From Octopus sinensis (Eukaryota), in NCBI RefSeq assembly GCF_006345805.1, contig NC_042998.1:141732001-141796000 (forward strand): 64,000 nucleotides of DNA, read 5' to 3'. The translations under genes were made by a program, and so were the position numbers. The notes beneath the pieces are model-generated. The model did not search any database, was not told the DNA's origin, and was given only the letters and a program-made list of their open reading frames with translations. Shown here piece by piece: positions 13,280 to 26,649 of the stretch. The stretch's first letter is position 1. The number at the start of each line of letters is the position of its first letter.

Positions 13280-14077
13280 AGAATATTGTAGATGAATGAT
13301 ATTCAATCATAACAATCACACAACATCAAGACAAGGAGAGAGACACACACACATACACACAATGGACTTCTTTCAGTTTCTACCTGCCAAATCCACTGAC
13401 AAGGCTATGGTCAGCTTTAGTCTGTAGTAGAAGATACTTGCTCAAGATGCCACTCACTGAGACTGAATCTGATACCATGATGCTGGGAAGCAAATTTCTC
13501 AATCATATAACCATGCCTGAACAGAATCTAAGTTGCTTGACAGCAAGCTATATAATTTCGTTTGTTTTTGTTTTTATTTTTTGCTTGAGATGCTACAATT
13601 TAATGATATCACTAAAAAGTCTTGCCTAAAATAATTTTTCGACAGTTGAAATGAAACACAAAATTGAAAAACAAATATCTAAATCTACCTTCCCCTTTGA
13701 TATTCTCCCCCTTTTTTTATATATAAAAGTAATTAACATCATGTATTTCTTTGGACAGAATTATAGTAGCTGACAGAGAAAAAATAAAGGAAAAAAAATT
13801 GCATACCCTGTTCACAGGGTACTTACATGCTCAACAACACAAAAGAACAAAATAACCAACCAACCAATAAGCAGAACAAATTTCGTTTTTTGCAAAAGGA
13901 AAGTAGAGCTGATTAATTTAATCAGTTTATTATTGGTATGTATTTTATTGACTTCTGGATAGATGAAAGACAAAGTTGAAATTCAAGGGATTTAAATTCA
14001 CACACACAAAAAGTATGGTCTGGCCTATTATCTACCTTGTTACATCCAGTGTTCTACCTGCCATGAAAATTATAAAG

Positions 14078-14245
14078 GTTTCAAATTTTAGCACAAGGCC
14101 AGCAATTTCGTGGGAGGGGATAAGTCAATTACATTGACCCCAGTGTTCAACTGGTACTTGTTTTATCAACCCCAAAAGGATGAAAGGCAAAGTCAACTTG
14201 GTGAAATTTGAACCATGAACATAAACACAGATAAAATGCACTTAA
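14078..14245 (-). mobile_element. tRNA-derived SINE family copy. Related copies at ~490-690, 3250-3385, 14330-14500, 19590-19770, 36725-36855, 43800-43985, 50520-50660 and 55700-55800
   Basis: A shared block 'gagttcaaat...actttgcctttcatcctttggggttgataaaa.aagtaccagttg...tttgtgccaaaa' recurs on either strand and includes a B-box-like GAGTTCAAAT. Confidence 0.7.
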
Positions 14246-16164
14246 GCAACAATAATAATGATGATGATGATGACACTGGTTTCTCAAGATAATGGTTTCT
14301 AATTTTAAGCAATTTTGAAGGGAAGGGTTAGTTGATACCCTTGAGTCTCACAGTACTAGATTGGTACTTTATTTTGTTAATCCTTGGGGATGAAAGGCAT
14401 AGTCGAACTTGGCAGGATTTAAACTCAGAATGTAAAGAGCTAGCACAAATAACACAAGGTATTTTGTTGCAAAGTAAGCTTCTTAACCATTTGGCCATAC
14501 TGTAACAATATATTGTATTACTGTATCTCATAACATAATAGACACACAGGATGCACCACAATTTCAGCTGTTCATGAACAGGAAAACAAGTTTTTGGTGC
14601 ATTAAAGCATGTGATATAGGCCCAACTTTGTGTATAGGACCCAGGGTGATTTTATGAGATACTTTAGAGAAAAAAAAGTGCATCTTATACATCATCAAAT
14701 ATGGTATGTTTCTTATTGGTACACTTAGTACAGCAACAGAACACAACCAACCAATTAAATTTGGTCACAGTCTTATGCAAGTATTCAAAAATTATAAAAT
14801 GACAAAAAATGGTAATATTTATCCTCACTTAAATGTGGATGTTCTATTAGGAAAAACTATACTGTGGTAAATATCATGAGGGAAACTCTCAGATGGGCTT
14901 TTGATGCAAAATTCACAGTTGTTTATATCACTAGCTGGGAGATAAATCCCCACAATCTCCAGCATTGAGAACACCAGATTTTGTGATTCCAACCTTCCTT
15001 GTTTTGTCAATGATGAATGTTTGACCACTAGAGATAGCAGCAACTCATCGCCTTGCCAGCAATATATAGAAAATCAGTGCCAGAACAAGTAGTGGTGTCA
15101 TAATTAGCCAGTTAGTTTGTCAAAAAATATATATTACTGACGGAGGCACCTGAGAGATAATATTTATCCCCATGGATGTTCTATTTAAACAATCTATACT
15201 GCAGTATTTACCATATGAGAAACTCTCATATTGACTTTTGGTGCAAAGTGCACTCTTGATGATGATTGAGAGTAATACATCGATGACGGTGATAATAATG
15301 ACATTACAATCAGATATATCATACCTGCAATACAGTTTGATGTAGCAGCAATTGTAACTGGGCAGGACCTATTTCCAAACACTTGCAAACTTGAGGGGTG
15401 GGGGTGGGGTAGTAGGAGATAGATACAAGGTGATATTATTGACAATAGCAATGATGATGATGATGATTTGATTTCTTTATAACTGGAAAAGTCATAATAA
15501 CCTCAAGCAACATGTAATCAAACCCAATAAACTTCTACCTTTCTTCTCCCCCCTCATCCCCACACACCAAGGAAGATAATCAAAACAACATTAGATCTTA
15601 AAATAATGGTATCAACAACTACAACCATAATAATAATAATAATAATAATAGCATACAAATTCAGAAATAAAATACTTTTCATTGAAAAACAAATGGTGAG
15701 AGATAGAGAGAGAGAGAGGGGGGGGAGTCCGTCCGTGAGTGAGTGTGTGTGATTTTTGTGTTGTCTTCTCTTTCCCACCCACACTAATAAAAAATTATTA
15801 AAAATATGCTCATGACTCATGAAAACATCAGATTTCTCATAAATTTTTCCTCCAAGAAAAATTAATACATAACACATATTGCTACAGGCATATATTATCA
15901 TCATCATGATCATCATCATTATTGTTATTATTATTAGTAGTAGTAGTAGTACCATCATCATCAATACTACAGTGTTATAAATTTCATATTTGGCTTACAG
16001 AAAAGTAATAAACAATAGAATTACTTAAATTTTATTATTGAAAAATATTCATGTAAACATGGAACAATATAGTCAAATCCTTACTTGTGTTGGCCATATT
16101 TTTTTTTTTTGCACTGCCATCATAACACATACACTTCAATACACAGATATATAAACATTTTCTG

Positions 16165-16290
16165 AAAATACATCTTCAGAGGCTCGACATTACCTTGGAG
16201 GATGCAGAGGGGCTGGCACAGGGCCACCAGTGATGGAGAGCACTAGTAGACCCAGTCAGCTCTACATAGGGTGACACTAACTTGGAATGA
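16165..16290 (+). mobile_element. RTE-clade LINE 3' end relic
   Basis: Translation IHLQRLDITLEDAEGLAQGHQ*WRALVDPVSST resembles the RTE ORF C-terminus 'LAQDRxxWRALV'. Confidence 0.55.
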
Positions 16291-16534
16291 CCCCAGTCCC
16301 ATCAAGGAAGAACATGAAACCGAAACAGAAGCGAAAATACATTCTTTAAGACACTTAAGTGTAAATACAAATGTATATCCCAAACATACAAAATATATAG
16401 GCACACAACTGGAGACATACCTTATACATTCTTATACATACATAAGTATATACCCCAAACATACACAATACACATGCATACACTTAAAGATCCTTCAGAC
16501 ACACACACAAACGCCCATACACACAATAGGCTGT

Positions 16535-16680
16535 TTACGACTGCCATGAATAGTCAATCTCTGGATGAAACTCTGAGTAGACTGTCAACTTTTGATGTAA
16601 TAAATATATCTATCCACTCTACCCTGTGTATTAAGTTCTATATCAGATAATATATTTTACAATTCTTACATTATTGTATA
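16535..16680 (+). repeat. Dispersed repeat with an inverted second copy at ~22135-22275
   Basis: ccatgaa.agtca.tc.c..gatg.aactctgagtagactgtc.ac...aatatatctatccactctaccc.gtg.att.agttctatatcag.taatatattttacaa is present forward here and reverse-complemented near 22135-22275. Confidence 0.75.
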
Positions 16681-16872
16681 TATCCTAAACATACACCTGG
16701 AGACACATTATAAATACATACTCAGTTATTATGAAAGAACCTCAAATAGACTGCGTAAACATGTCTGGCCATAGAGAAATATTACCTTGCCTGGAAACAG
16801 GTGTAGAAAATTTACCTCAATAAACTCTGTTTGATTCATGCAAGTATGGAAAAGTCAACATCAAAATGATGA

Positions 16873-16926
<54 letters not shown>

Positions 16927-19063
16927 ATATATATTATATATATATATATGTATGTATATATATACATACATATACATATTAGTGTTTTAGTCCAAAACAG
17001 AAACGAACACCAATGTTCCATGTGATAGGCTTGATAATTGTTGAGGACCCCCCCCCTTAACATGAAACCAATGGTAGCCTTAACTTCTACACAAAAAATT
17101 TTTAGCCACTAATGTAATGTTGAGCACTCATTCTCGTTGTTCAATATTAGTGTGTGTGTGGTGTATATGTAGTCCTTAGACGGGTCAGATAGTTTGACAG
17201 GATCTGTCAAACTATCTGACCCATGCCAGCATGGAACATGAACATTAAATGATGATTATACACATACACACACATGCTAGGCTTCTACACAACTTCCAGC
17301 TACTAAATTCACTAACAAGGCAGAGGTTGACTGTGGGGGAAGGGGCATATTAGAAATGAAATGCCCAAGTGGGACTGAACCTGAAGTCCCGTTGTCCCAC
17401 TGTGGAAGTGACCTTCTTAATCATATAGATTCATAGCCATATAGAATTAAGTGTCTTGACCAAAAGATGGACAAAAACCATAGCAGTGTCATATGGTCTA
17501 ATCTGTTATCAAATTGTTTTACTTCACCTTTGCAATTCTCAGAGCAGAGATCAAATTTCAGTAAATGTGGTGGGTCTATTGTAGGATGAGGGTTTGAGGA
17601 GAGAGAACAACAACAACAATAATAATAAATGAACAAGAAAACCTGATACAGAAAATAACAAGATGATGATAAAAGAAATACAGCTAGAATTTTCCCATAA
17701 GACTATTATGAATTAGTATCTGTAACTAGATACCCGAGACTATTCATACAATGACTGCCAAAGAACTGCCACACACATGCACTCTGATACATATTCATTG
17801 AACATATAAATATTAACACAGATACACAAACACACATACATAGACATACACACTGCATAACAATGAAATCTTTTCTGGGCAATATTTTCCAGGACAGTCG
17901 TCCTTTCTTATCAATGGAACTGTCCTTGCAGTGCTAATTTTATTTCCATTTTTTAAAATTTTTATTCCTGTTCTATGTCTGATGGAAGAAGAATGAAGAA
18001 TGCAGTTGATAATGGATGGATAAGCTGTTCAAGAATCAATGATGTTATATATTTGGTGTGAACTAGACTAGTCTCCAGAGAAGCATCACATCTCCAAATA
18101 TGGCAGCAACTGAGAAGATACAGACTTGCTGCGATACATGTTGCTGTTGGATTCTGTTGTAATGCTTCACTTGTTTCACCAAAGATGTATTACTATCGGT
18201 AAATTGGTTCTACAAGATTATTCTTGTGTGTGCGAGAGCAAGTGTGTGCATGTTTGCACATGCATGTGTTTGTATAAGTGTACACCTATGTGTCTATCTG
18301 TGAGTGTATATGAGCTTGCATATAAAATAAGTGGTATGGGCAAGATTGAGTAGTTAACAAGTTAAATTTGCAAGTACGAGGTCCCAGGTTCCATCCTGCT
18401 GTGTGTGCACATGTGCATATGTACATGCATGTGTGTAAAAATAAATGGTACGGGCATGATTGAGTAGTTAACTTTGCTACTATGACATTCTGGGTTCAGT
18501 TCCACTGTGTGGCATCCCGGATAAGTGTCTTTTGTCAAAGCTTTGGATCAATTCCAAGCCATTTGAGTGAAACAATATGAAAGTTTGTTGAATAGATTGT
18601 ATTTGGGCCAGATCCCCCGTTTGAAGACACCTTCCTTCCATCCTCTCACCTGTTTCAGAGGCCCTGTAATAGGACATGGGCACTGCTTCCTTTCCGGATG
18701 CAAAAGTAAAACAAATTAATCACTTCAGTGTAATCTGCCTAGGGTATTGGTTAATTAGAACAAGAAGGAAAACGTGAAGCTAGGAGTAAAATAATGAACA
18801 TGTGATCCTTATTACACTAGATAGGCACCTTCACTATATTGCCATTACACATTAAAATGGCATCATTGCAGAACTTTTATTCCTTTCAGTCATGAATTTT
18901 AGAATCAGCCTGTTGCAGACTAATGTTGAAATAGTAAAACACTTTAATGGATTCCATCTGGCTGATAGGAAAACTGTAATTCACTATGTTTTATATGTGT
19001 GCGCGCACACACACACATACACAAACACAAAGACAGACAAACAGAGATAACACAGAAACTTAC

Positions 19064-19103
19064 TTCATGAATACAAAGAGTAAAATTACTGATGAAAATG
19101 TAA
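19064..19103 (-). other. Candidate 40-nt exon of an unidentified minus-strand host gene
   Basis: Long pyrimidine tract ttttattttcttactttctttctctttgtttttgtttcAG, then the exon, then GAA|GTAAGT. Two frames are open (xYIFISNFTLCIHE or xTFSSVILLFVFMx). No protein was recognised. Confidence 0.4.
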
Positions 19104-20944
19104 CTGAAACAAAAACAAAGAGAAAGAAAGTAAGAAAATAAAAGAAAGTTTTAAAGGATATGTACTAAGAAATGTCACGACCTTTCGGTTATTTACATAA
19201 TTTCTCATATATAACAAGTGAAAAATACCAACATTTGTAGCACTAAACTGTTTTGTTTGATTTTTACAACTCAATGCATCTCTGGCTGCAGGACTAATGC
19301 AATAAAACTGCAGTAATTTGCATCATAACTCAACCAGATTAAATTGTGTTATTTTTGGGGGAAAATAAAACAAGAAAATGGTAAAACAAGATGGAAACAA
19401 GGCTGTCCATTGCAAGATATTAATACTATCTGGTTATGATTATAATTAGGAATATATATATTTTTTCTTGAGCCTCAGGACACATACAGCCATTATTTGG
19501 TTTCCATGGTGTGTAAGCAACTAAGATCACAACATTATCCCTGAATGAGACATGAGACTGTAGCAAGGTTCAATGCCAACAACTTTGAGGAAAAGGAACA
19601 AGTTGATTACATCAATTCCAGAACATGATGGGTACTTTACTTTATCAAACTTAGAGATGAAAGGCAAAGCTAACCTAGACAGGATTTGAACTCAGAATGT
19701 AAAGAGCCAGAAGAATTGTTGTTAATTATTTTGTCCAACATGCTAATGATTCCACCAGCTCTCTACTTTAGGGATATAGCAGCTCGCAGAAGAGTAAAGA
19801 TTACAAAATAGTAATTGAAGATGAAGGAGCTTCAAGTAACTCATTAATATTATCAATGTCCAACTCATGCCAATATGGAATATGGATATTGAACAATGAT
19901 GATAATATGGCAAGGCAAGTGATGTGCAGGCTGTGAATGAAAAGATAATAGAAATAGTTTTCTGTCAGGAACTAAAATGGTTAAACAAGGCTCATCAACT
20001 AGAACTTTTGACTCAATGTCCAAGACTTCTCAGTTAATGATATTTGATAAACAAGAGTGTTAAAACGAAAATGCAGAGTAAATGTATACATGCGGATATA
20101 TAATGAAAATGAATATATAATGAAAATGAATAATGCATACCAATGAGAAGAGGTGCCACAAGTTAACAGTGGTGATACCACTAGGGATGTTAAAAAATAA
20201 ATATGTAAATTTTCTTAAATATGTAACAGGGAACCTGGCTGAGATTCGATCAGTTAAGCATAAGATTAGTTTGTAGTAGATTTCAGCTAGTTTTCTCACT
20301 GTTCTTGTTAAATTTTATTAATTCTTCATCTACACTGTAGACAGAAAACCTGCTTTATAAAGTTCTGTTTGAACTTTCTGGCCTCTGTCTCATTAAATCA
20401 GCTACTTAACTTCTCAATATAAGCAGAGAAGAGAGAGTTCATTCCAGCAAATAGCAAGTTAATTTTCCAAGTAATACATCAACTGATTGGGAAAATCATA
20501 CTTTGCTCACAGCCATTTGGGTGAGTTTTTAAAAGTAGGTGTCATGTATGGATTTGTCATGCTTAAGACCAGATTCTATGTCTGACACTGGCAATACATT
20601 ACACCCACACCCACTCCACTAAAGAAATGATATCAATAATGATAATGGTTGTTAAGGTAAAATTGTTCTCCCTATAAGCTTGAGAACCAGCTATGAGTAA
20701 GGATGTCTCACAATTCGACCTTATTTAATCTTTACAACTGTAAGCAATATGTTGTAGGATAGTGGCTCATCAGTGTGTAAGTGTAGTTCAGGTGTGAAGA
20801 TAGTCACATACTTTATGTGTGACTGTGTTTCTACAAATGTTTTGTTATATATATATAATAATAATAATAATATTAGGGAATATAGCTCCAAACTAACAGG
20901 GAAAAATTAGATTTAGTATTAAATCAAATTTCACAGTATAAATA

Positions 20945-21355
20945 TATAAATATGAATTAGAGATAAAACCACTTTTAGGCAACTCAAACAGTTATAGACA
21001 TAAACCAATACATAAATAACAAATAATATAAATATAATTAATATAATATATAGTACATATATATATAAATTTTTTTCTTTCCAAAAAGTATAAAAAGAAT
21101 GATAAATATAATATAATAAGTAAATATAATAAGTAATAATAAGTATAATAAATAATTATTATAATAATAAGTAATATAATAAGTATAGTAACTTATTATA
21201 TTATATTTATCATTCTTTTTATACTTTTGGGGAAAAAATTTTTATATATATATATATTATATTAATTATATTTATATTATTTGTTATTTATGTATTGGTT
21301 TATGTCTATCACTGTTTGAGTTGCCTAATAGTGGTTTTATCTCTAATTCATATTT

Positions 21356-21360
<5 letters not shown>
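20945..21360. repeat. Long AT-rich inverted repeat (foldback): arms ~20945-21120 and ~21192-21360, ~70-nt spacer
   Basis: atatgaattagagataaaaccact.ttaggcaactcaaacagt.atagacataaaccaatacataaa...ccaaaaagtataaaaagaatgataaatata is mirrored with only a few substitutions and indels. Confidence 0.9.
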
Positions 21361-21392
<32 letters not shown>

Positions 21393-21419
21393 ACATATAT
21401 ATATATATGTGTGTGTGTG

Positions 21420-21478
<59 letters not shown>

Positions 21479-23269
21479 TTGTCTCTGTATGTATGTATGT
21501 ACATGTGGCCATGTCTGCATGTGCTAGTGTTTGGACATCGAAGCATGCTTTTGGGATTGCATGTGCACACTTTCATGTGTGTGCCTTTGTGTAATTTCAT
21601 GCATGATAACAAAATTTTTCAAGCATGCAGCATTATCTATGAACGTGTATATACCTGTATGAACATTTTATGCTTATTATATACATGAATGTGCATCTGT
21701 ATGTCTGAGTGTGCAGTTGTGTTTATGTGGTATACAATGTATTACAATGTGGGCATCATGCCAATGTATGAGTAGATATATTGCATAAGTGTCTGTATGC
21801 ATAATGCATTAGCATGAGCATGTAAATGTGTATGCAGCATTTAAATGTTTTCAAATAAAAATGCATGTATGTATCCTTGTGCATGCATGTGAAAACTTCT
21901 TTACCAATCAAAGGTAGTGCAACAGGAGGCCAAGAATGAAAAGGACAGGTTTAAGCGAAATGAAATTCTTCACAGTGGACTATTGGACGCGCAGTAATGC
22001 AAAATTGATTTCCAAAGGGAATGTTCTAAAAATTAGACGCTGTTGAGTTTCATGTCCATTTTATGTTCCAAGCTAATGCAAGTAGGATGGTCCTGTCAAT
22101 TTCAATGATTGTATTCACTTGGAAAGGTCTTACAACAATAACGCAAGAGTTGTAAAATATATTACCTGATATAGAACTCAATGCACTGGGTAGAGTGGAT
22201 AGATATATTTATTATATTAAATGTCGACAGTCTACTCAGAGTTACATCTGGGGACTGACTGTTCATGGTAGTCATAAACAGCATAGTTCAGGTTGAAATT
22301 CAGAGTAGACTGTCAACTCTTGATATAAATGAAGGTATATCATTTGTTTTATATCTGTTTTCCATATTGATATGGATAAAATAAATATATTAAAGCATTT
22401 CTTTTTGTAGATGGATACCCTTCCTGTCATTAACCATTACCTGTTTTTCAGGTAAGAGATTTCTTATTTCACACATCATCAAAAGTGCTATGAGAGCTGA
22501 AAATTTGTTGTCGGAATTGACAACACCACTGCTCATAGATCACACCTGTGGAGTCTAAATGTAAACACACACACACAATGAGTAAGAACATGTCAAAAAA
22601 CACTGACAATTAGAGTTCAGATCAGATCAGTTACCTAAAATCCAATCTCAAATGAAGGGAAGAGTCCAGGCAAATATGCGTTGGCTACAGGACGCTCACT
22701 TCTGTATAGCTATTTTATAAGTGTTTTGATGCCATTTACAACCACCTGTCCATCTTTACCTTTTAATAATGTGTGTGTGTGTGTGAATGTACACATATAT
22801 ATAGTTGAAATTTATAGAAAAACAAAAGACGAAGACAGATGCATTAACAACAAGCAAATGTATTAGTTTGATGCTCAGGAAAAACGAAAAAGTCTTATAT
22901 ATATATATATCCTTTAAGTTTACAGGAAACATTTTGAATATGCATATAATAGCTCCTATTCTATTATGTTGGCTACAGTCTAACGATGCCAACAGGTGAT
23001 ACGAGTTTTTGGGGGTTGCACCAAGCTGTGCTGATATAATACAGGATAAATATAGTAATAATAATAATAATAATCACTGGATGGAAAAACTATCCAAGGG
23101 TTATTATTGTTATTACTACAGACACACATACATCTCAAAAGAAATAGACTCTCTTCATTATATTGTGTTATCTGTGCAGACGTTACCTACTGCTTTAAAC
23201 TTGTTAATGTTGTATTATTACTTTTCACTTCATATTACAGTGCATTAAATGTTTATAGCAACTAGCTGT

Positions 23270-23640
23270 TAACACCAGAAGCAAATGAGTCGTCTGTTTA
23301 TTTTCAAATAGAGCATATTGTGTGTCAGACTGAAGGTGGACTTAACCAGTGAAAGATTACACAAAACCTTGGGATTCCTCATGCCAGTCAGCAACAAGAT
23401 GATTGTACAATTCACCAGCGAAGGAAAGAATTCAACACCATCCTGCTCAGGTCAACCTGGGCCCTCTGACGAGTGTCTGTGGGGTGCCAAGCAGATTGTT
23501 GAAAATAAATTCTTGTGTTAAGACAACTGGTGTTACAGAGTAAATCCAATTGAAATGGAGCGCTTTTGTGAAATATCTTCATCAACTTGGATGCTATGGC
23601 AGAATAGTTAGAAGGAAATCTCTTCTTTGAACAGCAAATA
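23270..23640 (+). pseudogene. Decayed Tc1-family transposase N-terminal (paired-HTH) fragment
   Basis: Across frames it reads KITQNLGIPH...SCSGQPGPSDECLWGAKQIVENK...YLHQLGCYGRIVRRKSLL. This matches the Tc1 motifs 'LGIPxSTV', 'RSGRP' and 'LHxxGxxGRxARKKPLL'. Confidence 0.55.
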
Positions 23641-23704
23641 TCCAAAGAAGAAGGGAGAAATAAATCTTTCAGAAATGGTATGTTTGTGTATGTGTGTGTC
23701 TATA

Positions 23705-23743
<39 letters not shown>

Positions 23744-23745
<2 letters not shown>

Positions 23746-26528
23746 TGAACATCAATGGAATTTGTATCTTTGTGGTACCAGTGCCGGTGGCACACAAGAA
23801 AACCATCCGAACGTGGCCGTAGCCAGTACCGCATCGACTGGCCTCCGTGCTGTGGGCACGTAACAAACACCATCCGATCATGGCCGTTCGCCAGCCTCAT
23901 CTGGCACCTGTGTCGGTGGCACATAAAAACACCATCCGAAGACCCGGCAAGACTAGTCAGGCCATAACCCGTGGCCCCTACCTGGGACGTAGTCAGTCCA
24001 CCTGTGCATACCTTCCTTCTTGTGACACTTGTGAAGACCTGTTGAGGCAAGTGAAAATCAAATCAAAACAAATCAAAATAGATGAACATCAATGGAATTT
24101 GTATCTTTGTGGTACCAGTGCCGGTGGCACACAAGAAAATCATCCGAACGTGGCGTAGCCAGTACCGCATAGACTGGCCTCCGTGCTTTGGGGACGTAAC
24201 AAACACCATCCGATCGTGGCCGTCCGCCAGCCTCATCTGGCACCTGTGTCGGTGGCACATAAAAACACCATCCGAAGACCTGGCGACGTAGTCAGTCCAC
24301 CTGTGCATACCTTCCTACTTATGACACTGGTGAAGACCTGTTGAGGCAAGTGTGTGACACTTGTGTAGACCTGTTGAGGCAAGTGAAAATCAAATCAAAT
24401 CAAATCAAACCAATCAAAATAGATGAACATCAATGGAATTTGTATCTTTGTGGTACCAGTACCGGTGGCACACAAAAACCATCCGAACGTGGCCGTAGCC
24501 AGTACCGCATCGACTGGCCTCTGTGATGTGGGCACATAACAAACACCATCCGACCGTGGCCGTTCGCCAGCCTCATCTGGCACCTGTGTCGGTGGCACAT
24601 AAAAACACCAACCGAAGACCCGGCAAGACTAGTCAGGCCATAACCCGTGGCTCCTACTTGGGACGTAGTCAGTCCACCTGTGCATACCTTCCTTCTTTCT
24701 TGTGACACTTGTGAAGACCTGTTGAGGCAAGTGAAAATCAAATCAAATCAAATCAAATCAAAATAGATGAACATCAATGGAATTTGCATCTTTGTGGTAC
24801 CAGTGCCGGTGGCACACAAGAAAACCATCCGAACGTGGCCGTAGCCAGTACCGCATCGACTGGCCTCTGTGCTGTGGGCACGTAACAAACACCATCCGAT
24901 CGTGGCCGTTCGCCAGCCTCATCTGGCACCTGTGTCGGTGGCCATAACCCGTGGCCCCTACCTGGGACGTAGTCAGTCCACCTGTGCATACCTTCCTTCT
25001 TGTGACACTTGTGAAGACCTGTTGAGGCAAGTGAAAATCAAATCAAAACAAATCAAAATAGATGAACATCAATGGAATTTGTATCTTTGTGGTACCAGTG
25101 CCGGTGGCACACAAGAAAATCATCCGAACGTGGCCGTAGCCAGTACCGCATAGACTGGCCTCCGTGCTTTGGGGACGTAACAAACACCATCCGATCGTGG
25201 CCGTCCGCCAGCCTCATCTGGCACCTGTGTCGGTGGCACATAAAAACACCATCCGAAGACCTGGCGACGTAGTCAGTCCACCTGTGCATACCTTCCTACT
25301 TATGACACTGGTGAAGACCTGTTGAGGCAAGTGTGTGACACTTGTGTAGACCTGTTGAGGCAAGTGAAAATCAAATCAAATCAAATCAAACCAAATCAAA
25401 ATAGATGAACATCAATGGAATTTGTATCTTTGTGGTACCAGTACCGGTGGCACACAAGAAAACCATCCGAACGTGGCCGTAGCCAGTACCGCATCGACTG
25501 GCCTCTGTGATGTGGGCACATAACAAACACCATCCGACCGTGGCCGTTCGCCAGCCTCATCTGGCACCTGTGTCGGTGGCACATAAAAACACCAACCGAA
25601 GACCCGGCAAGACTAGTCAGGCCATAACCCGTGGCTCCTACTTGGGACGTAGTCAGTCCACCTGTGCATACCTTCCTTCTTTCTTGTGACACTTGTGAAG
25701 ACCTGTTGAGGCAAGTGAAAATCAAATCAAATCAAATCAAATCAAAATAGATGAACATCAATGGAATTTGCATCTTTGTGGTACCAGTGCCGGTGGCACA
25801 CAAGAAAACCATCCGAACGTGGCCGTAGCCAGTACCGCATCGACTGGCCTCTGTGCTGTGGGCACGTAACAAACACCATCCGATCGTGGCCGTTCGCCAG
25901 CCTCATCTGGCACCTGTGTCGGTGGCCATAACCCGTGGCCCCTACCTGGGACGTAGTCAGTCCACCTGTGCATACCTTCCTTCTTGTGACACTTGTGAAG
26001 ACCTGTTGAGGCAAGTGAAAATCAAATCAAAACAAATCAAAATAGATGAACATCAATGGAATTTGTATCTTTGTGGTACCAGTGCCGGTGGCACACAAGA
26101 AAATCATCCGAACGTGGCCGTAGCCAGTACTGCATCGACTGGCCTCCGTGCTTTGGGGACGTAACAAACACCATCCGATCGTGGCCGTCCGCCAGCCTCA
26201 TCTGGCACCTGTGTCGGTGGCACATAAAAACACCATCCGAGCGTGGTCGTCTGCCAGCCTCGTCTGGCACCTGTGTCGGTGGCACATAAAAACACCATCC
26301 GAGCGTGGCCGTTCGCCAGCCTCGTCTGGCACCTGTGTCGGTGGCACATAAAATCACCCACTACACTCTCAGAGTGGTTGGCGTTAGGAAGGGCATCCAG
26401 CTGTAGAAACACTGCCAGATCTGACTGGCCTGGTGCAGCCTTCGGGCTCCCCAGACCCCAGTTGAACCGTCCAACCCATGCTAGCATGGAAAACGGACGC
26501 TAAATGATGATGATGATGATGATGATGA
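23744..26528 (+). repeat. Tandem array of 8 units (295-346 bp) derived from a retroelement (RTE-like) 3' region, ending in the normal (GAT)n tail
   Basis: Units start with gatgaacatcaatggaattt at 23744, 24081, 24422, 24766, 25061, 25404, 25750 and 26045. The last unit runs into ggaagggcatccagctgtagaa...gcatggaaaacggacgctaaatgatgatg, the same tail as the dispersed copies at 31270-31428, 61681-61862 and 62242-62650. Confidence 0.9.
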
Positions 26529-26649
26529 TATACATATATATATACATGTGATATATATATATACATGTTATATATATGTAATATATATTATATACATATA
26601 TGTGATATATATATATATATATATATATAAGGATATATATATATATATA

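Noticed and set aside
14830-15260. Diverged ~85-bp direct repeat (14835 and 15173) with apparent splice signals
   Set aside because: No coherent peptide results. It is more likely decayed LINE-derived sequence.
20700-20785. Minus-strand CUGAUGA-GCC... with an internal hairpin
   Set aside because: It is followed by GAAUUG rather than GAAA, and no stem I or III partner exists.
24030-24065. cctgttgaggcaagtgaaaatc in each array unit, resembling CUGANGA...GAAA
   Set aside because: The core has U at position 6, and neither stem II nor stem I can form.
23744-26390. Array considered as CRISPR-like or as a coding repeat
   Set aside because: The context is eukaryotic, units are ~300 bp with no unique spacers, and the many short overlapping ORFs are products of the repeat.
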